DNA from: Trichinella spiralis
Lineage: Eukaryota
Direction: 5' to 3'
DNA length: 64,000 bases
NCBI RefSeq assembly: GCF_000181795.1
Contig: NW_003526943.1
Location: forward strand, 2,613,666 to 2,677,665
Numbering within the stretch: position 1 is the first letter of the stretch; each line of letters starts with the position of its first letter. A model generated the notes under the pieces. That model had not been told where the DNA came from. It made no database searches and saw only the letters and a program-made list of their open reading frames with translations. Position numbers and translations under genes: made by a program. Shown in pieces: positions 1 to 12,641 of the stretch.

Positions 1-291
1 AAAGTTCCGAATTGGGACTTCAGCGGACCAAAGCATGTATTTCAGAGCAAGGATAAATTGTTGCTCGCGGATGGCAGTGAATTAATCAACATTGTTCAAT
101 ATAATCAAACCAGAGATATTTGGATTTTAAATCTCTCCCATTACTCATATACGCAACTTCCTCTTCAATTGCCAGAAGAGGCCATGTCTTATAAAATGTG
201 TGCTGCGTTTGATGTTGAAAAAAGTATATATTATGTTATCGATGTCGATTCAGGTATTTATAGAGTTAATTTGACACGTTGGCTGGCATAA
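1..291 (+). CDS. 3' end of an unidentified gene, possibly beta-propeller-like
   Basis: Frame is open from base 1 to TAA at 291 (..DIWILNL..CAAFDVEKSIYYVIDVDSGIYRVNL..). AT-rich 3' UTR with AATAAA follows. No family recognised. Confidence 0.45.
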   Translation, partial: KVPNWDFSGPKHVFQSKDKLLLADGSELINIVQYNQTRDIWILNLSHYSYTQLPLQLPEEAMSYKMCAAFDVEKSIYYVIDVDSGIYRVNLTRWLA

Positions 292-939
292 GTGGCGCAT
301 GCATAGTATTTGCATCATCTTATTACAGTTATAATAATAATTACTATTTCAGTATTAAGTGATTCATTATTTTTCAATTTGTTTGTATGAATGTAATAAA
401 ATTACCATAATCAATTTTCAGTATTGCTCATGTCGTACGTTAAACTCAACAGATTTTGAAAACTATTTTTTTCAACAATATAATGCTGATTGATTAACGT
501 GCAAAATACGCTTTTCTCTGAACAAAGCAAAAAAACCATTGAATAGAATTTAAACATGAAAAGCTCTTGCTTACTTGCAATGCAACAAATTCACACAACA
601 AACACATCTGTTGACGCAAATTCAACTTGCAAATGCTTTGCAGCTGCACCTTTCGTTCAAATACACACTTCTGGGAAATGAAAGTTTGCATTCTATGCGA
701 ATTTATTTGAATTGCAAAAGCGAAATGTATCTCATTGTTTCGATTTCGTTTTTTGTTAAAATTTAGTAGAATGGTGACTTTTTTAAGTGAAAACATTCAT
801 AAGCAGAAATGATTCACTGCTTTTCAGTGAAAAAACAAAATCAATCGAACAAATTTATTGCCAGTTGTACGATGCATGTATTGATAAAAATAATAATATC
901 AGAAAGCTGACCATTAAAAAGGAAGCAAAATTTGACAAA

Positions 940-1135
940 TAGCACGCATTACAATGATAACCAGCAAAAATTTAGGTTCGCGACAACGAATAAAATTCGT
1001 TGCAACTACAACCAATGAAATTTAGCCAACTTGAAAACCAATGAAACTTAAAACGAAACAGAGTTCGACGTAAAATTTGCAACCAATGAAATTTCGATGC
1101 GTCATGCTTTTTAATGTCAAAATCGAATCTACACC
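940..1135. mobile_element. Terminal/subterminal fragment of a MULE-like element
   Basis: Several ACCAATGAAA units ending in GAATCTACACC, similar to the end at 4430-4615 (GGAATCTACCC). A (TA)n tract follows. Confidence 0.5.
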
Positions 1136-1138
1136 ATA

Positions 1139-1169
<31 letters not shown>

Positions 1170-1195
1170 TATTGATTATTATTGAAACGCGAAGA

Positions 1196-1296
1196 AGTGA
1201 TTTTTATTTTTCACTAGTTAACCGCAGCAACAACAACAGTAAAGAACAGCCAACAACAACAATATAAAACAAGAGTGAACGGCATTAACAAAGTGG
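1196..1296 (+). repeat. Left arm of ~100-bp inverted repeat (partner 3101-3212)
   Basis: AGTGATTTTTATTTTTCACTAG..CAACAACAACAGTAAAGAACAGCCAACAAC..CATTAACAAAGTGG is close to the reverse complement of 3101-3212. Confidence 0.9.
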
Positions 1297-2282
1297 AAAT
1301 AACGAAAAAGGAAAAAACGAGATTGAATGTTAACTTCCGGGTGTAATGTTAGAATAGTGAATAATCTGTTTGAAAAATCTGGAATGCTGTAGCAACACTT
1401 CCAATTTCCGGCTTACAAATCGCACTAATGCTAACGATACGAGTTAGCTCGCAATTTCATTTAATTTTACGCATGATTAAACGCATATGCCTTTGTCAAA
1501 CATTGTTAGCTTTCTTCGTCACATAACATATATTGGTAAAGGCTATTTTAATACAAAGGAAAAATGCACAATTGACAAATTGTTCACAGTTGCAGCTTTC
1601 CAGCTAAACCAAGGAGTGACAACTACTAAATTGTTAGCATCTAATTAATTTCTTGATTTTACTGGGAGTGTTCTATTTAAATCTTTCTTGTTTGCAATCC
1701 AAGAATTTTACTTTAATATTTTCAAAGTTTCTTTCATTACGAAACAAACATCCATATATATTTTTTATACATGTTGAAGAGGTTTGCTGTTTGTATGAAA
1801 AATCCTGTTTGACGTTCATACATTTCATATAAAATACAGTCCAACTTGATTAAGTGCACATTGGATAATTGCACAAGATTTCTCACAAAATATTAGATAT
1901 GGTCGTGAATCTGAAATTTTTTGCTTGCCGAAATTCTGACCTGGAAACGGGCTGTATTTTTCATATATATCAATACCAGTATTACTAATACTAGAAGAAA
2001 CGAGATATACATCTGAATCAGGAAGCAAAGTCCTATTGGGCATAAAGCTAGACATAACTGACTGAGCTAGACAAGTAAACCGGAATAGTGGAAAAGCTAA
2101 GAAAATTCAAGACTGCTAATTCTAGTATCCCTTACTGCTGTGATTAGCGTTAACTTCCTTTTGCAAAAGTGATTTAAAATGGAATTCAAAATTCTGAAAT
2201 TCATTTTCGGTTGGTCTTACGTTTGCATTCAGTGTTTTGCGTTCCAGAGTTATTCGAATCATTTTCTATTCTGTTCCTTGTT

Positions 2283-3103
2283 ATGGCTGATGTCCCTGAG
2301 TTACATCTTGTAACAAATCGTTGCGGTGGTATGACCCTTGTGCATGAAGGCAGAGCATATAAATTAAAACGTGCCGACAAACACAAATATTGGAGGTGTT
2401 CAAAAGTATGCGCTGAATGTACAGCATGTGTTCCTAGTTATTAACAATTACTTTATTTTGGTTTAGGATAAAGAAGGCTGCGGGAGTGCGGTGTGGACAG
2501 ATTTAGAAGTTCCGGCTGGGATCGATCAAAAAGATCACGTTGAAACCTGCCGGGTAGATGAGCACCTAGCCTATAAAATGGAGAAGTAGGCACTTTTGAA
2601 AAAACGAAGTGCCGAAAAAACGAAACTCATCCCCGCCGTATATGACGAAGAAGTTTCTGCCGCATCCGCTGAGCCTTCTACATCTGGCCAGTTCCCAGTT
2701 TTCAAGCGGGTGCGAGCCACAATGTACAAAAATCAGTTCGTCATGATCTGGTAATACCATATCAATTTAAGACGACAAAGTCTGGGAAAGACTTTTTTAT
2801 TGTGGCAGAGTGCATCGAAATATATACTGGTTTTGCGATGAGTTCTAACATTAGACTGCTGGCAACCATAAAAACTTGGGGTGCGGATGGTACATTCAAG
2901 GTTGTACTTCAATACTTACTGCTTTTTAGCATCTATGCCATTGTGGCGAGTAAGCTGGTGCCAGTAGTCTGTTGCAATGTACGGGTAATAATATTAGCAA
3001 ATAAGAGTTTATTTTTCAAGCTTTAATAAACAAAGCGGCTGCCCTTAGAGTCAATCTTTATCCACAAATAATAATTTGTAATTTTGAAATCGCCCTGATA
3101 CCA
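2283..3103 (+). pseudogene. Degenerate FLYWCH + MULE (Mutator) transposase
   Basis: MADVPELHLVTNRCGGMTLVHEGRAYKLKRADKHKYWRCSK, then an intron, then KEGCGSAVWTDLE..DHVETC..DEHLAY (FLYWCH). Later WGADGTFK..LFSIYA..KLVPVV and ICNFEIALIP (MULE DDE region). Internal stops and frameshifts. Confidence 0.85.
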
Positions 3104-3212
3104 CTTTGTTAATGTCGTTCACTGATATGTTGTTTTCTATTGTTGTTGTTGTTGTTGGCTGTTCTTTACTGTTGTTGTTGCTGCTGTTGGCTAGTGAAAA
3201 ATAAAAATCACT
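3101..3212 (-). repeat. Right arm of ~100-bp inverted repeat
   Basis: Reverse complement of 1196-1296. It truncates the MULE remnant and lies just before an assembly gap (N 3236-3245). Confidence 0.9.
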
Positions 3213-3525
3213 GTTTAACTTATTTTTTGTATTGTNNNNNNNNNNTAAAATATAGAATAATGATACAAATTATTTTCGGGAATGCTGATCATGAAAAAGT
3301 ATAAACTTCACCACAAATAATATATTTAAATAAATAGAATTTCAATGAATGAAAAAACTTCAAACAAACAATAAAATTTTGGAATAATAAATATTTCCAT
3401 TTTTTATGTTACGTCACTATTATTAAAGTTACGTAATCCTAAATGGAATATTTGAACCAATGAAATGAAAAAATATTACAGCTAATCACAACTGAAGAGT
3501 TTGAATCAATGAGCAATTAGACAAG

Positions 3526-3604
3526 GAAAACCAATACGACAAAGACTTCACGGCCCAATAAAATGAAAACCAATACGACAAAGATTTGACGGTCCAATAA
3601 AATA
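3526..3604 (+). repeat. Short tandem duplication (2 x ~39 bp)
   Basis: GAAAACCAATACGACAAAGA(C/T)TT(C/G)ACGG(C/T)CCAATAAAAT occurs twice. Probably a transposon subterminal repeat. Confidence 0.75.
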
Positions 3605-4040
3605 GCGTGGGCAAAGACCAATAAGAGGAAAGTGGGACCGAGTAAAACCACCCCGTAATAAAATCACCTTCACCACCAACACATGGTGTGAAAGAAAACG
3701 TGAGCAATTTTTTGACAAAGGCGTATGCGTAAAAACTTGCATAAAATTTGTTGAATTATGAGCATACATGTAATGTGAGCACTGACGCCATTTGTGAGCC
3801 ATAAATTAAAACCGTAGACGCCACATTCTACATTTTGCAGACGGATTATCGATTTTCCTACATCTTTTTGGGAAATTAATGCTTCTTGTATCTTGATACT
3901 TCGACTGAATCGAGATAACAAATTTGAACAAGCAAAAAATTCAGTAAAAAACCATAAGAGAGGGTTGACATTTATGATGTCAATCGGGCCCTGTATGGAT
4001 CAGGAAATTTTCTTTTCTTTTACTATTCCTTCTTCTCTTT

Positions 4041-4615
4041 ATGTCTGCTAATTCTGAATTGCGTCTTGTAACCAATCGTTGCGGTAAACTGTCCTTTGTT
4101 TTTGAAAGAAAGGCATATAAACTGAAACATACTGGCAAAAAAAAGAAATATTTGGGATGTTCCAAAGTACATACTCAATGTACAACATGTGTCCATTGTT
4201 ATTAAGGAATAGTTTATTTTGGTATAGAATAAAATAGGATGCAGGAATGAAATGTGTAGAAATTTAAAAGTTACGGCCATTATTAGTCAGAAAGATCGAG
4301 TTGAAAGGTTCCCGATGGATTCACCATTTTACTGAATTTTATTAAAAAACTAATTTTAATTAATTTCATAAAATAAGTACATTTAAATAGTAATTTTTTA
4401 TATAAACTGAATATCAGAAAACTTATCATTAAAAAGAAACCAAATGTTGACAAATAAAATTCATCACAACGACAACCAGTGAAATTCAGCTGCGCGATGA
4501 CAAACATTCATCAAAACGACAATCAATGAAGGCTAGTCAGCTTGAAAGTCAATGAATTTTATAACCAATCGAATTTTGATGGGGCATGCTTTTGATGGGA
4601 AAAAGGAATCTACCC
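4041..4615 (+). mobile_element. Second, internally deleted FLYWCH-MULE remnant with terminus
   Basis: MSANSELRLVTNRCGKLSFVFERKAYKLKHTGKKKKYLGCSK with the same intron position as the copy at 2283. CAA(C/T)CA(A/G)TGAA subterminal repeats and GGAATCTACCC end. Confidence 0.75.
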
Positions 4616-5278
4616 TATTGTATCTTCTTTTTTTTTATTTAAATATTTACTATATTAAAAAATATTATCACATATGTTTTGTAATAATAAAATATATTTA
4701 TGCATTTTCTCAATATATTTTATTTAATAAAATTTTTACATAATTGAACTTGATTTTTCTTTACATTACAGTGTATATTATCTGAATGATAATTGATAAA
4801 TGCACATATTATTTGCTAGATAAGTTTGTTTTTTGTTACCTGAAAAATATTTATTACCAAATGTTATGGGAAAATGATTATTACCAATTTCATTATTTCT
4901 GAATGAGAAGTTTGTTCTTAATTACTAGTAAAGAGATTTGCATTAAAAAATGAAATTGTTCATAATTTTTACCATTCAGTTTGTTCATATTTTTACTTAG
5001 GAAATATCATTTTCTGTTATTAATAAATATATTTCACATTATACAATTTGGAGACTTGTTTTAAAAAAACCGTTCATGAATTTCGTATCATGTTTGTTTC
5101 GTATTTCAGTTGATCTGTTGAATTAAATGCCCAGCTTTGTTGTTTAAGTTGCAAAAAACAAAAAAAGAAAAGGAAAGAAAAAGTTGGTTAGTTAGTTAGT
5201 TAGTCGGTTCGCAGACAAGTGTCACGCGAGCACGTGACGTCAAAGAATATTTTCATAATTGTTCTTGTACAGCAAATT

Positions 5279-7375
5279 ATGGACAGTTGGGATTCGAGTG
5301 TGTTGGACGCGGTCGTGAAGGATCGATTCGAATTTTTGAACGATGCTCTTCGACCGTCGGTGAATATGCCGATGTCGAATAAAATTGCCAACGCTGCCGA
5401 GGTGTTGGCTCGTTTGGAACAAGTTGAACGGATGCTGAATTTGTCGTTTCAGCAGACGGTTGCTTCAAAGTCGAAGGAAGCGGCTAGTCATTTGGCGGCA
5501 AAGTTGGAAGATTTGAAAATCGAAGCTTCGCGGATTCAGGGGAAAATTTGGGATTGTGGAAAAGAGGTACAGGAGTGCAATGACAAAAATGCGCACATAC
5601 TGGAAGAATTGTTGGCACTGCACCGGGAAAAGGTGGAGCTGACTGTGCTGCAGAAGCGTTTCGATGACGAAGAAGAATGGCGGACGTTGGTTGAAGAAGT
5701 GGACGGCATTTTCAGCGCCGGACAGTTGGCCAGCATGACGGACCACGTTTTGAAAATGCATCAATTTGTCAGTCGTAGTGGGATGGATGAGCAGGATCAC
5801 AAGCGACAAAGCTATTTGGACAGTTTGAAAGATCAACTAATTTCGGCGATCACGCCCAACGTGATCGCGGCTTTTCACCAGCGTGCTGTTGAATCATGCC
5901 ACGATTATGCCGGCATTTTCAAATCGCTCGGTCGTGACAAAGATTTCGAGTCGATATTTTTCAGCTACATCAAGCGTGATTTTGGCAAAATTTGGTCGTC
6001 AATTTCTTGGAATGAAATCGACATTGCAGACTTGTTGAAACGTCTTCTCGACTTGTTGGTCAACGCCTGGCAGGACAGTTCTCGTTTGGTTGGTCCAGTG
6101 TTGTCCAATGCGGATGATCTGATTTGCGCTGCTCTTTCGGAATCTTTTCCAATTCTCCAACCGTCATTGGAAAGTCTACTGGAAAATTACCATTTCAACG
6201 ATACTGCACAACAATGCACGACGAAATTGTTGCTCAATTTGAAAAGTATGCTTGAACAGACTGCAAATTCTGTGAGCTTGTATTTCGGCGATGCCAAACA
6301 AGAGACCAAGTTCCAATTGGGCAAAAAGCTGTTGGCTGAATTTGTACCTCTGCTGATTCGCTACAGGCAGGATGAAACGAGCTATTTGCTGTTCGAGGTG
6401 AACAAATTTGAATTCGAACGCACCGCCTGGACCACTTCAGCGCCAGCGATGTTCACGTTGCTCAGCGAAGCTTCGGAAAGAAGCCGCATATTGCTCGGCA
6501 AGTTCTCTTTGCCGTTATTGGTGCGTTCCATTGAACCGGCTCTGCTGAATTACACGGCCAGAGTTGATCAGCTTTTCGACCAGCTTGACAACAAGACGAA
6601 CAAGCATTTCGACATTTGGCTGAAATTGTTCAGCTTTTGTGGAAAACTTTGGCATTTGACATTCAAATTGGAAGATACGTTGAAAGCAGACTGGCAACGG
6701 ATGATCACGGACGACCACAGGCAGGATAAATCCCTTTACGAACTGGTGATTGAAGAAAGTGGTTATTTTTTGGAAGAGAGCAAAAAATTGATGAACAACA
6801 TCGTTGTCGAATCAGTGTTGTTGGGTCAACTTTTGCCCGAATATGAACGTCGTTTGCGACAATTGACCAGTCGAGCTTTGAACATTGCTTGTGTGAAGCT
6901 TTTCGAACCGGTCGATCGGATTTTGAATCCCGTTGCAAAATTACCCGTTTGGATGGAAGAACAGACATTCGATTTGCCAAATTACAGCCTAGTACCTCAA
7001 GAATATGTGACCGCACTTGGTCAGTATTTGATGACGCTTGCCAACAAATTGGAACCGTTGCTTAATTCCGATGTTGGTTCTGAAATGGCTTTGTCGTTGA
7101 AATGGCAAATGGGCAAATTTGACAACATGCGACAGGTGAAAAGTTTCGATCCAGAATCTGAGGCTCGACTCTGGTTGGAATGGATATTTGGGGAAATTGT
7201 AAGTCGATTTGTGCGAACAGTTCAACAAGTGCCGAAATTTGCACTGAATGGTCGAAAGCAGCTAATAGTCGACGCTGAATGTCTGTGCAACGTTATTGAA
7301 GATTTCGGTGTTGACGTTCCGGATAAGCTGAATGATTTTATCGGAAAACTTCGTGATGAAATTACATATTCATAA
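5279..7375 (+). CDS. COG7: Conserved oligomeric Golgi complex subunit 7 (single exon, ~698 aa)
   Basis: Long helical ORF with an N-terminal coiled coil. C-terminal DLPNYSLVPQEYVTALGQYLMTLANKLEPLL and KQLIVDAECLCNVIEDFG match COG7 motifs. First ATG at 5279 follows a YAG acceptor. Confidence 0.85.
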   Translation: MDSWDSSVLDAVVKDRFEFLNDALRPSVNMPMSNKIANAAEVLARLEQVERMLNLSFQQTVASKSKEAASHLAAKLEDLKIEASRIQGKIWDCGKEVQECNDKNAHILEELLALHREKVELTVLQKRFDDEEEWRTLVEEVDGIFSAGQLASMTDHVLKMHQFVSRSGMDEQDHKRQSYLDSLKDQLISAITPNVIAAFHQRAVESCHDYAGIFKSLGRDKDFESIFFSYIKRDFGKIWSSISWNEIDIADLLKRLLDLLVNAWQDSSRLVGPVLSNADDLICAALSESFPILQPSLESLLENYHFNDTAQQCTTKLLLNLKSMLEQTANSVSLYFGDAKQETKFQLGKKLLAEFVPLLIRYRQDETSYLLFEVNKFEFERTAWTTSAPAMFTLLSEASERSRILLGKFSLPLLVRSIEPALLNYTARVDQLFDQLDNKTNKHFDIWLKLFSFCGKLWHLTFKLEDTLKADWQRMITDDHRQDKSLYELVIEESGYFLEESKKLMNNIVVESVLLGQLLPEYERRLRQLTSRALNIACVKLFEPVDRILNPVAKLPVWMEEQTFDLPNYSLVPQEYVTALGQYLMTLANKLEPLLNSDVGSEMALSLKWQMGKFDNMRQVKSFDPESEARLWLEWIFGEIVSRFVRTVQQVPKFALNGRKQLIVDAECLCNVIEDFGVDVPDKLNDFIGKLRDEITYS

Positions 7376-8213
7376 ATTTCAAATATTCTTAAAATGATGC
7401 AGTTTTTTTGATTGTGATTTTTATACACTATTCTATTAAATGCTTTTCTTTTGTTATGTAATTAATTTTTTGACTATTTTCGCAATTTTTAATACAACTG
7501 TCATTGTCATTGTTAAGATAAAAATTTTATTAGCAGTTCCATTGTGCTGAAGGGATGTTGTCAAATTGTTTGATAAACATTATTAACTTAAAGTTATTAA
7601 AATTGATTACAATTTGATAATTATTATCTTTCATTTCGATTACGAATTTTATAACTTTATTAATTTCTATTTGTTCTTTCAAGAGAAGCTTATTTCTTTT
7701 TCTCCAATAATTTTTGATGATTTCTGTAATTATGAATGTTTACATTAAATTTCTACAAAATGTAAAACATGATCCAGCTCAGATGCTTCCAGATAAGTTT
7801 AAAAAAAAACAAATCAATGTTTAATCGGTTTTTTTCTGCAACTTTTCTTGACAATGAAGATATACAGTTTTACAAAATAACTTGAATTTTTACAAAAAAA
7901 ATTTCATATAAGAAAAAACAAAAGATTATTACTAATCTTTGGATTCAATTGAAAAAAAGTAATTTTATTTTCAGGCTATGAATTTTTTATAAGCACCAAA
8001 CTGATAGTTTTCACAGGAACATTTTCATAAAATGTGAATTTAAATTGTGAAAAAAACCAAATAATAATATAGATTCCTTTTTGTTTTAAATTTAAAATAT
8101 AAAGAATTTTACTTGTTCAAAACATTGCAAAATATGTTTTCGTTTACTAATAAATTTTTTCAAGTAATAATAATAATACACTTATGCATACATGAATGCA
8201 ATTATTTGAAAAT

Positions 8214-9886
8214 TCATTTCAAGCTATGACCTTCTCCTTTGAAAATTCTTCCTTCACTCGTTATCTCATTTCTTTTAGGTTTCTGCTTAAAAATCATTTC
8301 ACATAATCAAGAAAAAAATACGAAAAAAATTCTAAAACAAAAATGAACCTCAGCTGAAAGTCGATGAAATCGAAGTTTGTTGTAATCGAAATTGCAATCT
8401 GCATCATATCTAAATAAATAAAATGAAACAAAATCCAAAAATGTAATTATGCAAAAATTAGACAACTCAGAAACGCTCGTAACGTCAGTATCCGTTGTCA
8501 ACCGCAACTGCTTATGTGGCCTTTCTTTACCGTCCAAGCGAAAAGCTTTACCAGGGAAAGCCTGAAAAAAAACAATTTTATTCAACATTAATAATAAATA
8601 AAACGTTTTCGACAAAAACATACCGTTGAATTTTCTACATGAGGCAAAGACGGAGCCTAAATTTAAACTGTAAATATTTTATAATTATAAAAAATGATAA
8701 AATTAAAACTTGCCGGTAAACAAAGTGCTGCTGAAGTGGAAGTCGATTTTGGTTGATCTTCTGGAACATCGAAATCCACCTAAAATTATTTACCAAGTAT
8801 TCATCTGTAAAACACACCGATTTAGCTGACCGACGAACATTAATGTCACATTCAATTATAGAAACAGCATCGGTTGGACGAAGCTCTTGTACCAAAAATT
8901 CCATTACCTGATTACAATGAAAATCATGTTAAAACCATTTTTCCTTATTTTTCTTTCATTTTTAGAAAACCTTACTTTGTCATTATACTCGATCGCTATC
9001 ATGTCACCTTTTGTCAAACAGGCATAATTTCGAAGTTTCAATTCCAAGCTAAAATTACCAAACACGCATGAATATGTGCAGAAAAAATGAAACTGAAACT
9101 TACAGAACGCTTGGATTTGCCAAACCAACAAATCGAGAATCCTGAGGCTTCAACTTTACGTACGTACCAACAGGCAGATCTACCGATTCTATTTGGATCA
9201 TGTCACCTTCGCATAACAATAAGTTGCGCATCATCTGAAAAGATAAATGACAAAAATTAGAGATAAAAATTCAATGCATAAAGAAAAATACCCAATGTGG
9301 AATGTAGCATTTTCCTTCTTCCTGGTGAAATTCCAAAACTCCACAATGTGTGCTACGCTTCACATCTTTGTTAGAGTTAGTAATTTTGAATAACATAGGA
9401 TATGAAATGTGTAGTCGTGCTGTAAAACATTAAAATTTCTCAAAAATATACAATACATCTAACTGTATAAAAAGTGCTTTTTTAAAATTACAAATTCGCA
9501 CAATTCAAAAGTTGAAAGTTTTCACTACTTACTTAGCCAATCCAATGCACTGTGCGGTAATAAAACTGAAATAATACATTTTAAACTCTTCAAGACATAA
9601 AATGCCGTGCCGTACCTTTTCCTCCATAATCTATATTACGGGTTCGCTCTATTGATACAGAAGAGGGACACATCGCCACAGAAAAACAACGATAACGTGT
9701 ATTATATGGACGAATTTCTTGCGGAAATAAGGCTGTCAAATCAAACTAAAATATCACTCTACTTATTATTGGAATAAAAATCTACTGTTAAATGTAAAGA
9801 TAAATTTAATCCTAGATTATAAAAAAATAAAAAATTCTGATCATCAGCTATATCCATCACAATATACTGCACCAAATACTTACCAT
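8214..9886 (-). CDS. UFD1: Ubiquitin fusion degradation protein 1 (multi-exon)
   Basis: ATG-only first coding exon (9884-9886, GTAAGT donor). Exons read [86 protein letters not shown]. Confidence 0.95.
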
Positions 9887-10696
9887 GGTGCTTTCTGCTC
9901 CAAACACTGGCAATGCTGAAACAGCCTAAACTAAGCCTAAACCAACAAAACAATTTAAGCTTATAAAATAATCAGCAAAACGAGCGTTGTCTAATCACTA
10001 AAAGTTCAAAGCAGCAAATGTGTTTAATATTTCAAAATAACATGCACACAATTTACTAAGCAAAAAATGTTTAAAACAAAGCTCCAGCAAAGATGGAAAA
10101 AAATTCAATTTTATGAAATATCAATTATTTAATATTATGAAAAATAGTAACAAAATTTTTCATCAGTATGAAATATTCTTCTGCATCTATAAAATTACAT
10201 AAATGATGTAAATTATTTAACCGTTTGTTTTATATTCATCCAATATATATTTATGCAAGAAAAAGCAATTTAAAAGAATTTTTACTAAAATTACTTTACA
10301 CATAAAATACAGTATTCACGCATTAAAATAGTTCGCAAGGTTTATAAAATAGAATTACAAGTACAGTAATACCTTATTTCATGTTTTATTAATATGATCG
10401 TTTTGCTCTTTTAAATATTACAAAGTTGATGGACGATGCTATTTCAGCTAAAAGTTTTAGTAATTTAATCGAAAATTTACAACATTCTCCGTTCAAAAAC
10501 CAACAAACTTGAATTGTTTCAGAAACACTAATTTATTACACCGATTACTGATAGTAGCAATAGTAGATTTTAAGTATTTAGGCTATCACTGTTTGAGAAA
10601 ATTGTTTCTGAATTTTCCGATTTCAAATAAAGGAATACAAGATGAAAAACAGAAAAATCACAATGATCAAAATGATAGAATGAAAAACAGAAAAAA

Positions 10697-11149
10697 TTAA
10701 AGTTTTTCCCTATCGGTGATTACTCGCATAATCGCGCCGTCGCCTGCTTTTCCAAAAACAATTTTATGCCAAAATAATAGTGCCGGCGAACTTCCATCTT
10801 GGCCAAATTCAAACCCTTTGTAAATATATTTCATCAATATGTCTAGTTGATCTACATCCAGATTGTTGACAGCTTTTTGCACATCTGATTGCTTAAAAGA
10901 GCAAAGAACTCGAATTACTAGCTGAGTGCATTTGTCTTTAGATTCCTGACTTTTGCTTCTAAAAGGAGGATTTTTCAAACACGCCTGTAAGGCTTCAGAT
11001 AAACGATTGTTATGCAACAAATTGTTTATTGCAGATTCATTTGGTCCAACATAAGCAGTTTCCACATCGGCTTCGTCACCAAAAATTTCTTCATTTTGCA
11101 CGTCAACATCAATATTTCGAAAAGAAGTGTTCAGTGTATTCTTCGCCAT
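10697..11149 (-). CDS. ARPC5: Arp2/3 complex subunit 5 (p16-Arc)
   Basis: MAKNT..FRNIDVD, DILMKYIYKGFE, LLFWH..G.GAIMRV; 150 aa. Confidence 0.95.
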   Translation of the reverse strand: MAKNTLNTSFRNIDVDVQNEEIFGDEADVETAYVGPNESAINNLLHNNRLSEALQACLKNPPFRSKSQESKDKCTQLVIRVLCSFKQSDVQKAVNNLDVDQLDILMKYIYKGFEFGQDGSSPALLFWHKIVFGKAGDGAIMRVITDREKL

Positions 11150-12641
11150 GTTATGCTAAAAGAATCAATTAATCACAACTGAAAATGAATAAAGAAATCA
11201 CATCATACAAATACTTCAATAATTTTACTGCTTTATATATGCATATCAATATTCAAGAATAAATGAGTAAAAGTTTTCTACTGATTCAAATAAAATCTTC
11301 GTGAAAAAAAACTAATTTAATATAACATAAAATATATAAATAAATAAACGATTTTATGTCCTTCAGAAATTACACACCTCAGCTGGAATTATACAAAAAT
11401 ATCAAAAAGCATTGTAAAATAATGAGTAATTCACCAACAACATCTTTCAGTACTTTAAATGGTTGAAGAAAATTAATTGATTCTAAAAACAAGTAAAACT
11501 ATTAATTATATTAAACACTACAATAAATCTCTTCAAATAAAAAAACTTAAACCATTAAAATTACATTTCACATCGCTACATGACATTTTACATTAAAAAA
11601 ATAAAAATACCTGTGCAAATTACTTGTCAATTTTTAAAGTCGATATTTTCAATAAGTAATAATTATGCCTTGAAAATTATAACTTTAACTGATGCATTTA
11701 AAAAAATTATACGTTATCATTATTCATATTTCAGTATTTTGCATATGTACCGTAATATTAAAATAAAAAAGGTATAATTTTCTGCAATTTACGATCTTTA
11801 CAAAAGAAATAATTGATACTGTCTTTTGAATATATATTTTTTTCAATTACTCAATTAAATAAAATATCTGATTAAACTTTTATTATTAATGCGAATTTCA
11901 TTTCATCTGCTATTATTGTATTATTTGCAGAGCAGTTTTTCATCAAAATAATTTGTGCATTTAAAATTAAATTAATATTTGAAAAAAATACAATTGAAAT
12001 ATCATCATGCTAGCGATGATGATTTTATTAGGAGGACATTTTTGCAAATGAATGACATAAGAGAACAAGCTGAAATAATTTGAAAAATATAAATTATAAA
12101 TTTTGAAATTTGTAGTTGATCAATTTATAAAATACAATCCTTTTGTTTATGCATGTTTTTCATGAAGTATATTTGAAAAAAAATGTTTCAGATGTGTAGC
12201 AAATGACTACAGAAAAATTACTACTTGATATTCATATTTAATACAACTTTGTTTACATCGACTAAATGTCAATACAGTTGTGTTGTTTGGGCTGTGATTG
12301 ATTTTGTTGCAGTGGAATTGAATAGACTAGAATAATTTTAAATTATGAAATTTTGTTACTATAAATTTGTTATAAAAATAAATTTAAAAAATCTATATGT
12401 AAAAATTTGTTAATTAATAATTGTCATTTGGTCAATTGTAGTAATTTCATTGTTTTATATCGTAATTTTGTTCAATGAAATATGGTTTCAGCGTCATGAC
12501 CTATTTCTTCGCTTGTACTGGCCATTTTGGGCAATTGCGTCATTCATATTTGGCGGCCTGTTGATTCGTGAGGTGTTTTTTATATGCTTACTATAAGAAG
12601 AAATTGATTGATGAGTATATTTTGATTGAACCAATTCATCG

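Noticed and set aside
5240..7428. Multiple antisense ORFs within COG7
   Set aside because: Expected by chance opposite a GC-richer coding exon; no recognisable motifs.
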